A DNA stretch of 64,000 nucleotides, taken from positions 61,070 through 125,069 of the forward strand of contig JAJYNW010000005.1 in NCBI GenBank assembly GCA_021786105.1, read 5' to 3'. The notes beneath the pieces are model-generated. The model ran no database searches. It saw only the letters and a list, made by a program, of their open reading frames with translations, and was not told the DNA's origin. This document shows, in pieces, positions 18,522 to 29,398 of the stretch. Made by a program: the position numbers and the translations under genes. The stretch's first letter is position 1, and every line of letters begins with the position of its first letter. The stretch comes from a bacterium. GTDB taxonomy: Bacteria > Patescibacteriota > Microgenomatia > Daviesbacterales > UBA10151.

Positions 18522-20900
18522 TTCCTTGTGTCTTAGAACAGAAGCTAAGGTAAAGGTTCCTAATATTATGAAGCTCACTACGGAGATCCATAATCCATAT
18601 TTAAATGAATCCGGTTCGAACTTGAATTGAATTAATGATTCCCCTGTTTCGATTTCTACAGCTCGAAAGATACCGTCGGCAACTATCAATTTCTGTGGCT
18701 TGTCGTTTACATAAACTTTCCACCCTGGATAGTAGGTGTCGGTAAGCATTAATATCCCCCCGTTTTTAGTTTGAGTTTTAATATCAACTTCATTTGGTAA
18801 GTAACTTACAATTTTTGCTTGATCGGTAGGTGATATATTGTAACTACTTTGCGTGGGCTTATTATCCAAAATCACTTTCTTAGAAAAGTCATAGCCTTCA
18901 TGAATTTTGGTTAGCGCTTCTTGGTAATCTGTTTCAATATCAAAATCCCCAAAAATTTTAACTCTTGGCAAGACGTTAGTGTTTTCTAAAACTATGTTAC
19001 TTTGGTCTGTGAATACTTCCTTAAACTTAGGTTTAGAAAATTTTGCTGAAATACTTCCTTGTTTATCTATTGATCCGTTTGACTTTCTCTTGGCTACAAC
19101 CAGGTATTTGACACCAGCTAAGTCTAGTATGGGTGAGTTATAGCCGCTAAGTTCGGCATACCTGGTAAAGGTATTTTTTGTGGGGTTGCCATTGTAAACG
19201 TTATAAAAGGTGGCATATTGTTTGGAATATAAGGGATCGTAGCCTGAAGGAGACATTAATTTGTAGGACATCCAGGTATTAGGAGGTAAAGTTTCGCTCT
19301 GTTCCCTTTCAACCCTAAAGTTTCCCATATTTTTTTGGAGAAACTCTAAAGTTGGTGTTTCTGGAAACAGATAACTGTTGGGCACAAAGGGATTATATTT
19401 TAAACCAAAACGAAAAAGATCAAAAATAGCGAGAACAAGAATTAGGGGGATGAGAAGTTTGGAAGAAGAAATAAATCTAATTCCCAACAGAAGGAAAGAA
19501 ATTAACCCTAACGGCAGTATTAGATTTTTTAGGGCAACAGAAAGATGAGCGATATCCTCGGAGCTTAAGAAGGTTAACGGTTTTTTAAGTATTGTGACAG
19601 CTAAGGCAATAGCAATAGTTATGGATAGCGTAATAATCCAAGCCCCGAACGCAGACCTTAAAGTTAGTTTTCGGGAGGCTAAAAGATTATTTAGGCCGAA
19701 TGCTGTAAGAATGGCGGCAGAAAAATCTACCAAAAATAAGGCTCGTGAGGCATAACTTGTAGAAAGTAGGGGAACGTGCAGTTGATAGATTAGTCTTCCT
19801 ACCGGATTATCAAATACCAAGAATAAAGAGATGATAAAAACACTGGTAAAGAAAGTAGTAATAAAATTATGTCTTTTGAATATGGCAGTAATAATTAAAG
19901 GAATGGAAATAATCCCAAAATATCCGGTAGTTTCGTGGTAGATAAATCCCCAGAAATTTCCGGTAGCAGGATTGCCAAAGAAGTCGGGTGCAAAAAAAGT
20001 GACAATATTTTGCAAGGGGAGCAAGCCAAAGTTATACATAATAATGTTTTTATCGGTTTGCCTGATGGAGTTTTGAAAAAGCTCAAATGTGGGAAGGATC
20101 TGAATAGCTGCCAGACCCAGACCGATAAGGTAGAAGGCAATTCCTTTCCAAAAAACTTTGAGTGCCGTTTTTGTGATACCGTGAACAAATACCAACCTTC
20201 CCAATAAATAGAGTGCGGATATCGTTAAAGAGTAAAAAGAAACTTGAAAATTACCGGCTGAAAGAAGAATAAAAATTGCCAGGGATATTCCAGATAACCA
20301 GAAAGTTTTTTGTTGCCTAAGAAATTTTTCTATAAGGAAAAGAATTAACGGGAGCCAGATGGCAGTTTGGGCGGGAGAGTTATACTCAAGAAAAATCATT
20401 AAGAATCCTGAAAAAGCGTAAGTTATGGCTCCTAAGATGGCAGCTGGTTGCCTCAGCTTAATCTCTTGTAGATACAGATAAGTAAATACCATGGACAGGA
20501 ATGGTTGTAACATAATAATGGCAGTCCACCCGCGGATATTTCCCATTACGAGCATGAGAATATTTAAAGGATAAAAAACTACCGACTGCCAATCAGCAAG
20601 AAGAGGAGTTCCGGAGAAAGAATAAGGATTCCAAAGTGGAACAAAGCCCTGCCTGAAGGTATTAATCACTAGCTCTCTCCAGGGATAATATTGGGAAAAA
20701 ACATCGGAAATGATCGGATTTTTGACAGGTACCCCTACGGTAGATCCCCATTTATAATCTAGCCAAGGTAAGTAGGTCCCAACCAGTGCATCCGCAGGAA
20801 TGGGGATTTTACCTAAGAATACTTGATAAAAAAAGAGCAGAGTTAAGAATGCAAAAAGAAGGATAGCCAAAAAATTCCTATTCTTTGCTAGGCTCAACAT
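18501..20900 (-). CDS. YfhO-family GT-C membrane protein
   Basis: SDVFSQYYPW, PLWNPYSFSGTPLLA, FYP, YAFSGF, QILP, GYDPL, DTYYPGWKVYVN. Start moved to ATG 20900 (TGcTATGAT 6 nt upstream). Confidence 0.88.
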   Translation of the reverse strand: MLSLAKNRNFLAILLFAFLTLLFFYQVFLGKIPIPADALVGTYLPWLDYKWGSTVGVPVKNPIISDVFSQYYPWRELVINTFRQGFVPLWNPYSFSGTPLLADWQSVVFYPLNILMLVMGNIRGWTAIIMLQPFLSMVFTYLYLQEIKLRQPAAILGAITYAFSGFLMIFLEYNSPAQTAIWLPLILFLIEKFLRQQKTFWLSGISLAIFILLSAGNFQVSFYSLTISALYLLGRLVFVHGITKTALKVFWKGIAFYLIGLGLAAIQILPTFELFQNSIRQTDKNIIMYNFGLLPLQNIVTFFAPDFFGNPATGNFWGFIYHETTGYFGIISIPLIITAIFKRHNFITTFFTSVFIISLFLVFDNPVGRLIYQLHVPLLSTSYASRALFLVDFSAAILTAFGLNNLLASRKLTLRSAFGAWIITLSITIAIALAVTILKKPLTFLSSEDIAHLSVALKNLILPLGLISFLLLGIRFISSSKLLIPLILVLAIFDLFRFGLKYNPFVPNSYLFPETPTLEFLQKNMGNFRVEREQSETLPPNTWMSYKLMSPSGYDPLYSKQYATFYNVYNGNPTKNTFTRYAELSGYNSPILDLAGVKYLVVAKRKSNGSIDKQGSISAKFSKPKFKEVFTDQSNIVLENTNVLPRVKIFGDFDIETDYQEALTKIHEGYDFSKKVILDNKPTQSSYNISPTDQAKIVSYLPNEVDIKTQTKNGGILMLTDTYYPGWKVYVNDKPQKLIVADGIFRAVEIETGESLIQFKFEPDSFKYGLWISVVSFIILGTFTLASVLRHKESNITFS

Positions 20901-21026
20901 GACCTTATCATAGCATATAAGCATCTTGTATTTGTGCATTTTAGCCTCAAATGGTGTATGATTCCTCGATTGCTTTCCTAAGGTAGCAATCTTTGCTAAA
21001 CTTAAGAAAGAGGCCAGAACTAACTT

Positions 21027-21830
21027 ATGATTTCCGTTATTGTTATTACGAAGAACGAAGAAGAAAGAATTAAGGCGTGCCTGGAGTCCGTAAAATGGGC
21101 TGATGAAATTATCATTGCTGACACAGGCTCAACCGATAACACTCTTGAAATTGCCCGAGGGTATACAAAAAATATTTTTGCTTGTAAGGGAAACAATTTT
21201 ATGGTTTGGAGAAACGAAGCTATAGAGAAGGCTTCAGGAGATTGGATCCTTTATTTAGACAGTGACGAGAGGGTTTTAGAGTCTTTACGAAAAGAAATAG
21301 AAGAGGTAACCAAATCAGCAGAAAATTCAGCTTATGCCATTTCCCGGAGGAATATAATTTTTGGCCAGGAAGAAAAATATGGACCTTTTTGGCCGGATTG
21401 GGTTGTCAGGCTCTTTAAAAAATCTGATTTTGAGACTTGGGTAGGGGAAGTACATGAATATCCAAAGTTTAAGGGAAGGTTAGGCTACACAAAGAATTCG
21501 TTTTTGCATTTGACCCATCGGGACATAGACCATGTGGTTCTTAAGAGTTTATCGTGGTCTAAAATTGATGCCAAGTTGAGGTTGGAAGCAGGCCATCCCC
21601 AAATTTCTGGGTGGAGACTTCTAAGAATTTTAACAACAGAACTTTTTAACCAGGGCATAAAAAGAAAAGGTTTTTTTTCGGGAACTGTGGGGGTAATTGA
21701 TTCCCTGATGCAGACGTTTAGCATGGTGATTACCTATATCAGACTTTGGGAATTGCAACAGCCAAAGACACGCAGAGAAGTTTATCAGGATTTGGACAAA
21801 AAATTAATTGAGAGTAATTTTAACTTCTGA
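21027..21830 (+). CDS. GT2 glycosyltransferase, WaaE/KdtX-like
   Basis: ISVIVITKNEE, DTGSTDNT, LYLDSDER, WPD..RLF, VHE. Confidence 0.88.
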   Translation: MISVIVITKNEEERIKACLESVKWADEIIIADTGSTDNTLEIARGYTKNIFACKGNNFMVWRNEAIEKASGDWILYLDSDERVLESLRKEIEEVTKSAENSAYAISRRNIIFGQEEKYGPFWPDWVVRLFKKSDFETWVGEVHEYPKFKGRLGYTKNSFLHLTHRDIDHVVLKSLSWSKIDAKLRLEAGHPQISGWRLLRILTTELFNQGIKRKGFFSGTVGVIDSLMQTFSMVITYIRLWELQQPKTRREVYQDLDKKLIESNFNF

Positions 21831-22906
21831 TGAAAATTGGTATTTATACTCCGTATTTGGATAGTTTTGGTGGAGGCGAAAGGTATATGCTCACTATTGC
21901 TGAGGCTTTATTATTAGACCATGAGGTGGATATTTTTTTGGATAATCACTTATCTTCCAAAGAACCCGATAAATTAATTTCTGATTTGGCTGCCCGTTTT
22001 AATTTAAATCTTTCAAAAACCAATCTGATTAAAGCACCATTGGGATTAGGTGGAAAATTTTTTAAAAAGAACTCGTTTCTTAAAAAATATGACTTAATTT
22101 TTTATTTAACTGATGGGAGCGTTTTTTACTCAACTGCCAAAAAAAGCATAATTCACTTTCAGGTTCCTTTTAAAAATACTGCAGCCAAAAATCCCTGGGG
22201 AAGGATTAAACTCTCAACATGGAATTTAGCTATCTGCAACTCCTGTTTTACCCAAGAGGTTATTAAAAAAGAATGGCCTATTAAAACAGAAGTTGTTTAC
22301 CCGCCCGTAGAGGTTGAGGCGGTTAAGCCTCTAAAAAAGAAAAAACAAATACTTACTGTAGGACGTTTCACCAGTTTCACTAAATCTAAAAAACAGGAGG
22401 AAATGATAAATGCTTTTGTGGATTTATATAAAACCGGAAAGATAGACGGATGGAGTTTTCATTTAGCGGGATCTGTGGAGGGGGATGAAAAATATATACA
22501 GGAATTAAAGGAACAAGCGAAAGGATTCCCTGTGTCATTTTATCCAAACCTTCCATTTAAAAATTTGGTGAAACTTTATGGGGAATCAAGTATATATTGG
22601 CATGCAGCCGGGTTTGGGGAAGATGATCCGGCAAAGATGGAGCACTTCGGAATTACCACAGTTGAAGCAATGGCAGGAGGGTGTGTGCCGATTGTCATTA
22701 ATAAAGGCGGCCAACCGGAGATAGTAGAAAACGGTAAGTCAGGGTTGTTGTGGAACAGTTTAGAAGAATTGCAGGCACTAACGCTGCAAATTATTAAAGA
22801 TCAAAAACTGATGGAAGAGATTGGGGATCATGCGATTTCCCGGAGCAAGTTTTTCTCAAAAGGGAAATTTGAGGAAAAGATCAAATTTCTTGTAAAAACT
22901 ATATGA
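21830..22906 (+). CDS. GT4 glycosyltransferase with ALG11-like motifs
   Basis: GGGERY, NS.FT, VVYPPV, VGRF...KKQ, EHFGITTVEAMAGG, GGQPEIV. Confidence 0.85.
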   Translation: MKIGIYTPYLDSFGGGERYMLTIAEALLLDHEVDIFLDNHLSSKEPDKLISDLAARFNLNLSKTNLIKAPLGLGGKFFKKNSFLKKYDLIFYLTDGSVFYSTAKKSIIHFQVPFKNTAAKNPWGRIKLSTWNLAICNSCFTQEVIKKEWPIKTEVVYPPVEVEAVKPLKKKKQILTVGRFTSFTKSKKQEEMINAFVDLYKTGKIDGWSFHLAGSVEGDEKYIQELKEQAKGFPVSFYPNLPFKNLVKLYGESSIYWHAAGFGEDDPAKMEHFGITTVEAMAGGCVPIVINKGGQPEIVENGKSGLLWNSLEELQALTLQIIKDQKLMEEIGDHAISRSKFFSKGKFEEKIKFLVKTI

Positions 22907-23721
22907 ATAAAATAAGCGTTATCACGGTTACCTACAACAGTGAGAGAACCATTAAAGAATGTCTTGAATCCATAAAGAAATTTTCACCTGAATCGGAAAT
23001 TATTGTGGTGGACAATGGTTCTAATGATAGAACCTTAGAAATTATTGAGAGTATTGGTAAAAAAATAAAATTAATTGAAACAGGGGAAAATCTAGGATTT
23101 TCTAAAGCAAATAATTTAGGGGCAAAAGATGCAATAGGGGACTACTTAGTTTTCTTAAACCCTGATGCAATATTAACCAAAAATGGTGATTTGGAATCTT
23201 TAAAGAAGATACTGGAGAAAAACCCCCAGTATGCCATTTTAGGGCCGAAACTCATTTATCCGGATAATGCCCTTCAACCCAAAGCAAGGAATTTACCGAC
23301 CGTGTTTCGGGCTTTTGAAGAATATGTATTAGGATTAAGGGGAGCATATAGTTTTTATGAACCTAAGTGTCAGAATTTTTGTGAGGTGGAAAGTGTAAAC
23401 GGTGCCTGTATGATTATCAGAAAAGAACTATTTAATAGTATTGGAGGTTTTGATGAAAAATATTTTATGTATTACGAGGAACTTGATTTATGCAGGAAGC
23501 TGCGTAAATTGGGAAAGAAAATCGGGTTTGCGCCTGAGGCGGTAGTGATCCATGCAGAAGGTATATCGTCTGGCCAAAACGAGAAAACTGCAGCGATAAT
23601 GAAAGACTCAGCAAAGAAATATTTCGGCCTTTTGAATTATTTCTTACTACAACCGATCTTTTTCTATAACCGAATTCTCAATAGAATCAGAAAAACCATT
23701 GGGCTTAGGGTTTATGCCTAA
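22903..23721 (+). CDS. GT2 glycosyltransferase, WbbL-like
   Basis: VTYNS, VVDNGSND, NLGFSKANN, LNPD, GGFDEKYFMYYEELD. Confidence 0.88.
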   Translation: MNKISVITVTYNSERTIKECLESIKKFSPESEIIVVDNGSNDRTLEIIESIGKKIKLIETGENLGFSKANNLGAKDAIGDYLVFLNPDAILTKNGDLESLKKILEKNPQYAILGPKLIYPDNALQPKARNLPTVFRAFEEYVLGLRGAYSFYEPKCQNFCEVESVNGACMIIRKELFNSIGGFDEKYFMYYEELDLCRKLRKLGKKIGFAPEAVVIHAEGISSGQNEKTAAIMKDSAKKYFGLLNYFLLQPIFFYNRILNRIRKTIGLRVYA

Positions 23722-23736
23722 AGTATAATTGCCATT

Positions 23737-25389
23737 ATGAGTAAAAAGACCCTTTTTCTTTTAATTTTAATCACCGCTTTAGCCTTTTTCTTAAGGTTCT
23801 ATAAAGTGACAGAAGTTCCTCCTTCTTTAAACTGGGATGAAGTTTCCATTGGCTACAACGCTTATTCTGTATTAAAGACCGGTAGGGATGAATGGGGAGT
23901 TCTATTACCGGTTCACTTTGAAGCGTTCGGTGAATTTAAGCTTCCTGTACAAATTTATGCCTCTATTCCTGCAATCGCCATTTTTGGTCTAAATGATTTT
24001 GGAGTCAGAATTACACCTGTTGTTTACGGAACATTAACAGTGCTTCTGCTTTTCTTTCTGGCAAGGAAAATTTTCAAAAGTGATTTTATTGGATTAGCAT
24101 CCGCATTCCTTTTGGCATTTTCACCCTGGCATATTCAGCTGACTAGAGCCTCATTTGAATCATCATTTTCAGTCTTTTGGGTACTTTTAGGAATGCTGCT
24201 TTTTATTAAGGGATTTGAAAAGAAGAAATACTTTGCCTGGTCAATGGTCCCCTTTGCTATTTCTGTATATACCTACAATAGTGCCCGTGTCTTTACACCC
24301 ATGTTCTTAGTTGCCTTACTTTATATATACCGCAATTACTTTTGGAAGTTTCGCAAAGCTCTAGCAATTTCTGCGGCCGTCTTTGCTGTTTGTATGTTGC
24401 CTTTGATGCCATCACTTCTAGGCAGTGAAAGAAATGCCCGATTTAAACTGGTGAGCGTTACAGATGACCCGGGTTTGTTGCCAAGAATTAACCAAAACCG
24501 GGGTAACTCAACTCTACCGCAACCGCTGCCCAGATTGGTCAACAATAAAATCACCTATGTTTCTTTTTATGTGGTTGAACATTATCTAGCTCACTTTACT
24601 CCGCAATTCCTCTTTATAAGTGGCGCTCCCCATAAACAACACCATGTGCAGGGTATGGGGGAGCTTTATTATTTCCAGGCGCCGTTTCTTTTGTTAGGGT
24701 TGTACTTTTTGTTTAAAAAGAAACAACAATACAGATGGCTTTTAAGCTCCTGGGTACTTTTGGCTTTTATTCCGGTTTCTATTACCAATGACAGTATCCC
24801 ACATGCATTAAGGACATTAATTGCGGCTCCTTTTTATCAATTGGTTACGGCTTTTGGTGCTTATGAAGTATATTTGTGGTTGAAGCAAAAACATGTGAGT
24901 TGGCGGATACTAATCGGCACAATTTTGGCTCTGGTTATGATGTTTGAGTTGGGACGTTACCTGAACAATTACTACAATATATATCCTAATCTCTATTCCC
25001 GGGATTGGCAGTACGGATATGAACAGGTTGTTAACTATATAAGAGATCATCAGAATGAATATGACGAAATTGTTTTTAGCAGGACATATGGGGAGCCGCA
25101 CATTTTTACTCTGTTCTATTTAAATTATGATCCTTACGAGTACCAACATGATCCCAATTTGGTGCGCTATGAGACTAACGATTGGGTTTGGGTTTTAAGG
25201 TTTGGAAAATTCTATTTCCCTGATTTAGGAGACAAGGGAACTCATTTTACTGACATTGTTGCTCAAAATCCGGGTAAAAAAATATTATTTATCGGAAAAC
25301 CCGGCGACTTTCCCCCTAACATACCGCCGCTCAAACAAATTAAGTTCTTGAATGGTGACTTGGATTTTGAAATAGTGGAGGTAAGATGA
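23737..25389 (+). CDS. GT-C glycosyltransferase, PMT_2/ArnT-like (tandem copy 1)
   Basis: FLRFY...PPSLNWDEVSIGYNAYS, TGRDEWG, FGEFKLP, SPWHIQLTR, PHALR, WQYG. Confidence 0.87.
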   Translation: MSKKTLFLLILITALAFFLRFYKVTEVPPSLNWDEVSIGYNAYSVLKTGRDEWGVLLPVHFEAFGEFKLPVQIYASIPAIAIFGLNDFGVRITPVVYGTLTVLLLFFLARKIFKSDFIGLASAFLLAFSPWHIQLTRASFESSFSVFWVLLGMLLFIKGFEKKKYFAWSMVPFAISVYTYNSARVFTPMFLVALLYIYRNYFWKFRKALAISAAVFAVCMLPLMPSLLGSERNARFKLVSVTDDPGLLPRINQNRGNSTLPQPLPRLVNNKITYVSFYVVEHYLAHFTPQFLFISGAPHKQHHVQGMGELYYFQAPFLLLGLYFLFKKKQQYRWLLSSWVLLAFIPVSITNDSIPHALRTLIAAPFYQLVTAFGAYEVYLWLKQKHVSWRILIGTILALVMMFELGRYLNNYYNIYPNLYSRDWQYGYEQVVNYIRDHQNEYDEIVFSRTYGEPHIFTLFYLNYDPYEYQHDPNLVRYETNDWVWVLRFGKFYFPDLGDKGTHFTDIVAQNPGKKILFIGKPGDFPPNIPPLKQIKFLNGDLDFEIVEVR

Positions 25390-26933
25390 GGAAACCCTGG
25401 CTAATATTGCTGGCTATTTTATGTCTCTTTTTGGCTACTAGGTTTTATAAGCTTGGTGAGGTTCCGGTTTCAGCTTATTGGGACGAGGCATCTATTGGAT
25501 ATAATGCTTATTCGATTTTACAGACCGGTAAAGATGAATGGGGAAATTCGTTTCCGCTGCACTTTAAGGCTTTCGGAGAATATAAACTTCCTTTTTATAT
25601 ATATGCTACTGTTTTACCAGTAAAATTATTTGGCTTAAATGAATTTAGTGTTAGGCTGCCATCGGTAATTTTTGCACTATTTAATGTATTACTTATGTAC
25701 TTCATTGCAAAAAAGATTTCCGGGAAACAGTCTGTAGGGTTATTAAGCGCTTTCTTTTTGTCTATCTCACCGTATTTCTTTATTTTTTCCAGGACGGGAT
25801 ATGAAGCAGTTCCGGGAATGACCTTTTTCCTTTTGGGGGTCCTCTTCTTCCTTAAATCCCAGCAAAGACCTTGGTGGTTTCTATTGACCGGATTGGTTAT
25901 GGCTGTAAGTATGTATGTCTATAATGGGTATCGGATTATCTCTCCGCTTGTTTTATTAATTTTTACTGTTCAACTTTTTGTTCTTCATAAGAAAAATTTA
26001 GTTAAGAATTTTACCCCTATTGTATTAGCTGGGGTCATTTTCCTAATAGGCTGTTATCCTCTAATTAATTTCTTAAGAAGCGATGGTTCTGTTAGTCGTT
26101 TTCAGGCTATTGGTATTGAAGGTTTGGATAGAAAGAAAATTTTCGTTGGCCTCGATATTGCCAAAAACTATCTTACTCACTTTAATCCGGTGTATTTATT
26201 TGTGGACGGAGATAAAAACCTACGTTCTCAAATAGCGGGTTTTGGAGAACTTTATGTTTTTGATGCTGGATTATTAGTGTTTGGTTTAATTTTTTTAAGG
26301 AAAAATCCGAAATTGAGTAGGTGGCCGCTAGCGCTACTTTTAATTGGATTTTTACCGGCAGCTGTGACCCGAGAAGTCCCCCATGCATTAAGGTCTCTAG
26401 CTGCTGCGCCGTTTCTCAGTATGGTTTCCGCATTGGGTGTAGTTTATCTGCAAGACAAACTGGCTATAGAGAAAGGGAAAGTGGTTCTAGCTGTTGTAGG
26501 AATATATCTGGCATTTTTCTTGGTTTACTTCAATAATTTTCTTACTGTTTATCCAGCTCAGAGTTCCGCTTCCTGGCAACAAGATTATAAATTAATTTAC
26601 CAAGATTATTCCAAGGAATTTAGTAACTATGACCATATCTTAATTTCTGACAGATACGATCAGCCGTATATTTTTTCGCTCTTTTACCAAAAATACGATC
26701 CAAATAAATTCCGGTCCGAGGTTGTATATAACACTGATAATCGAAGGGCAACTTCTTTAGTAAAGAGTTTTGACAAATATATTTTTGATGATATTGATTT
26801 TAATCAGCTACCACCTGGAAAGACTCTAATCTTTTCTCATCCCACTGACAGGTTAAATGAACTTTGGGTAAAAAATATTTTGTATCACAGTGACGGAACT
26901 GTTGCCTTTTATGTTTACGAATATCAAAAGTGA
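25386..26933 (+). CDS. GT-C glycosyltransferase, PMT_2/ArnT-like (tandem copy 2)
   Basis: YWDEASIGYNAYS, TGKDEWG, FGEYKLP, FSRTGYE, PHALRS. Confidence 0.87.
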   Translation: MRKPWLILLAILCLFLATRFYKLGEVPVSAYWDEASIGYNAYSILQTGKDEWGNSFPLHFKAFGEYKLPFYIYATVLPVKLFGLNEFSVRLPSVIFALFNVLLMYFIAKKISGKQSVGLLSAFFLSISPYFFIFSRTGYEAVPGMTFFLLGVLFFLKSQQRPWWFLLTGLVMAVSMYVYNGYRIISPLVLLIFTVQLFVLHKKNLVKNFTPIVLAGVIFLIGCYPLINFLRSDGSVSRFQAIGIEGLDRKKIFVGLDIAKNYLTHFNPVYLFVDGDKNLRSQIAGFGELYVFDAGLLVFGLIFLRKNPKLSRWPLALLLIGFLPAAVTREVPHALRSLAAAPFLSMVSALGVVYLQDKLAIEKGKVVLAVVGIYLAFFLVYFNNFLTVYPAQSSASWQQDYKLIYQDYSKEFSNYDHILISDRYDQPYIFSLFYQKYDPNKFRSEVVYNTDNRRATSLVKSFDKYIFDDIDFNQLPPGKTLIFSHPTDRLNELWVKNILYHSDGTVAFYVYEYQK

Positions 26934-28533
26934 GAAAAGATTAATTTTTGTTGTCCTGCTACTAATTCTTGGATTGGCTTCTGTTCTGCGTTTTTATAAA
27001 TTAGACCAGGTCCCCCCGGCAATTTATTGGGACGAGGCAGCTAATGGTTATAACGCTTATACCATTGCCAATTGGGGCCGAGATGAATGGGGGAAATTTT
27101 TACCCACCTCTTTTAAGTCATTTGGAGATGATAAGAATCCGGTGCACATATATCTCACAGTAATTCCGGTAAGGATCTTAGGTCTAAACGAATTTAGCAC
27201 CCGTTTACCGGCAGCCTTAATGGGGATCTTAGGTGTATTAATGGTTTATCTGTTGGGAGAAGCGATCTTTAACAACAAGAAAATTGGGCTTATTTCAGCG
27301 TTAGTTTTTGCTGTTTCCCCTTATACCTTACAATTTTCCCGTTTTAACCATGAAGCGATTTTTACAATTTTCTTTTTCATGCTGGGGTTATGGTTGTTTT
27401 TAAAAGGTGTAAAAGTTAAGCCTAAACTTATTCCTTTATCATTTTTTGTTTTTGGAGTTTCTATTTTAACCTACCACTCAGCAAAGATTGTAGTGCCACC
27501 CGTTATACTACTGCTTATTGTTTTGTATTTTAAAGACCTTTGGAAGCAAAAAGGGTTATTTTTGGGAGGACTAATTATTCTGGGGATAGTTATGAGCGTA
27601 TTTATTTTTAACCCCGCACTTTTAGGGATGGCCCGGGCTAGCCAAACTTCAGTACCGGTAGAATCAATCCAGAAGATGAGTCTTTATAAAAAAACAGGGA
27701 ATGAACTTTTAGGAAGGGTAGAGCTGAGTTGGCAAAGGTACTTAACTTACTTTGGCTATGATTTTCTCTTCGTTTCCGGAGATAAAATTGCCCGTCATTC
27801 TTCCCAGGGAGCGGGAGAATTTTACAGAATAGATTTAATATTTTTAGTTATTGGACTTTTATCCTTAATCCGTTATCGAAGGAAAGAAAGTCTAATTCTT
27901 TTGTCTTGGGCGGTTTTGGCACCCATCCCCGGAAGCATCGCTGGAGGAATTACCGAAACAGCGCACGCAGGCAGGTCGCTTTTTATAATGGGTAGTTGGC
28001 ATCTACTGGCTGGACTGGGTTACTATAGTTTCTTAAAAATTTTCCGGAAAACTTGGGTCATTGTAATTGTCGGGGTGATACTTTTGGGTATTTTAGGGTG
28101 GCAGATGAAAGATTATCTGAATTATTACTATGGTGAATATGTCACCAGATATGCTATTGAGTGGCAATATGGAATGAAACAAATTTCCCAGTATCTTCAG
28201 GAACATGATGGATATTCCCAGGTTTATATTACTGATGCCAGGGTAGAGCCATATATCTTCCTTCTTTACTATATGCAGGTACCGTTACCAAGATTTTTGG
28301 ATACGGTTTACTACAACGATACACAGAGCCGTCCATCTAATTTAGTGACTTTTTTTGATAAGTATCATTTTGGAGACTGGGACCCAATTGAGAGTTTCCC
28401 AAATCCCGGTGTCCTTTATGTCCTGACTCCCAGCCAATATGATGGATTACGATATAAACAACAATTTAAAGTGAAAAAACTGATAAAATATCCTAATGGG
28501 CTGGATGCCTTTTATCTGGTAGCCCTTTATTAA
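26911..28533 (+). CDS. GT-C glycosyltransferase, PMT_2/ArnT-like (tandem copy 3)
   Basis: YWDEAANGYNAY, GRDEWG, FGDDKNP, FSRFNHE, WQYG. Start moved to ATG 26911. Confidence 0.87.
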   Translation: MFTNIKSEKRLIFVVLLLILGLASVLRFYKLDQVPPAIYWDEAANGYNAYTIANWGRDEWGKFLPTSFKSFGDDKNPVHIYLTVIPVRILGLNEFSTRLPAALMGILGVLMVYLLGEAIFNNKKIGLISALVFAVSPYTLQFSRFNHEAIFTIFFFMLGLWLFLKGVKVKPKLIPLSFFVFGVSILTYHSAKIVVPPVILLLIVLYFKDLWKQKGLFLGGLIILGIVMSVFIFNPALLGMARASQTSVPVESIQKMSLYKKTGNELLGRVELSWQRYLTYFGYDFLFVSGDKIARHSSQGAGEFYRIDLIFLVIGLLSLIRYRRKESLILLSWAVLAPIPGSIAGGITETAHAGRSLFIMGSWHLLAGLGYYSFLKIFRKTWVIVIVGVILLGILGWQMKDYLNYYYGEYVTRYAIEWQYGMKQISQYLQEHDGYSQVYITDARVEPYIFLLYYMQVPLPRFLDTVYYNDTQSRPSNLVTFFDKYHFGDWDPIESFPNPGVLYVLTPSQYDGLRYKQQFKVKKLIKYPNGLDAFYLVALY

Positions 28534-28537
28534 AAAG

Positions 28538-29398
28538 ATGAAAATATCGGTAGCGTTAGCTGCATACAATGAAGAGGAGAATATTGGCGAGTGCTTAAAA
28601 TCTATCCAGGATTTAGCGGATGAGATAGTTGTGGTGGTTGGTAAGTCTCCGGATAAGACGGCTGAAATAGCTAGAGGCTTTGGTGCAAAGGTTGTGGAAA
28701 TTGAGAATGACCCAACAATGTTTCACAGGATGAAACAAAAAGCTTTTGATTTAGCTCAGGGCGAATGGGTTCTCTATTTAGATGCGGATGAGAGGGTTTC
28801 TTTAAAACTTGCTGAGGAAATTAAAAAAATAACCTCAATGAGTGATGAGGAAATTGAAAAATATCAAAAAAGTCTCAAGGACAGAAACCTATTTTTGCGC
28901 CACCAAAAGTTATTGGAGGGCAGGGATGGCAAAATCGGCGATGAGAATAAAGAATACGTTGCTTTTTTCTTTCCGCGTTTAAACTTTTTCCTGGGTAAAT
29001 ACTTACGTTTTGGAGGTGTATATCCGGATGGTGTGATTAGGCTATTTAAGAAGGGTAAGGCCCATCTTCCCTGTAAGGATGTCCATGAACAGATGACGGT
29101 TGAAGGCAAAGTGGGCTGGCTGCAAAATGATTTATTGCATATGGCGGATCCAACATTTTCCAGATATTTAAACAGAAACAGCCGTTATATAAGTTTAATT
29201 GCCGGCCAGTTAAAAGACCAAAAAGTTGGCAAAAACTTCCTTCAATTTTTTAATTATTTTATTTTTAAGCCCATACACTGGTTTATTCTGACACAGGTAA
29301 GGCATAAAGGTATTCTGGATGGTTTCCAGGGGATAGTTTTTTCTTTCTTTTCTGCTTTGAGGTTCCCGCGGGCTTACTGGAGGTACTTAACTCAATGA
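28538..29398 (+). CDS. GT2 glycosyltransferase, WaaE/KdtX-like
   Basis: ISVALAAYNEE, LYLDADER, YPD..IRLF, VHE, GILDGFQG. Confidence 0.87.
   Translation: MKISVALAAYNEEENIGECLKSIQDLADEIVVVVGKSPDKTAEIARGFGAKVVEIENDPTMFHRMKQKAFDLAQGEWVLYLDADERVSLKLAEEIKKITSMSDEEIEKYQKSLKDRNLFLRHQKLLEGRDGKIGDENKEYVAFFFPRLNFFLGKYLRFGGVYPDGVIRLFKKGKAHLPCKDVHEQMTVEGKVGWLQNDLLHMADPTFSRYLNRNSRYISLIAGQLKDQKVGKNFLQFFNYFIFKPIHWFILTQVRHKGILDGFQGIVFSFFSALRFPRAYWRYLTQ

Noticed and set aside
20968-20991. Inverted repeat gattgct...agcaatc in the divergent yfhO-like/GT2 gap
   Set aside because: A single 7-bp-arm repeat with no second copy found; could be an operator but is unsupported.
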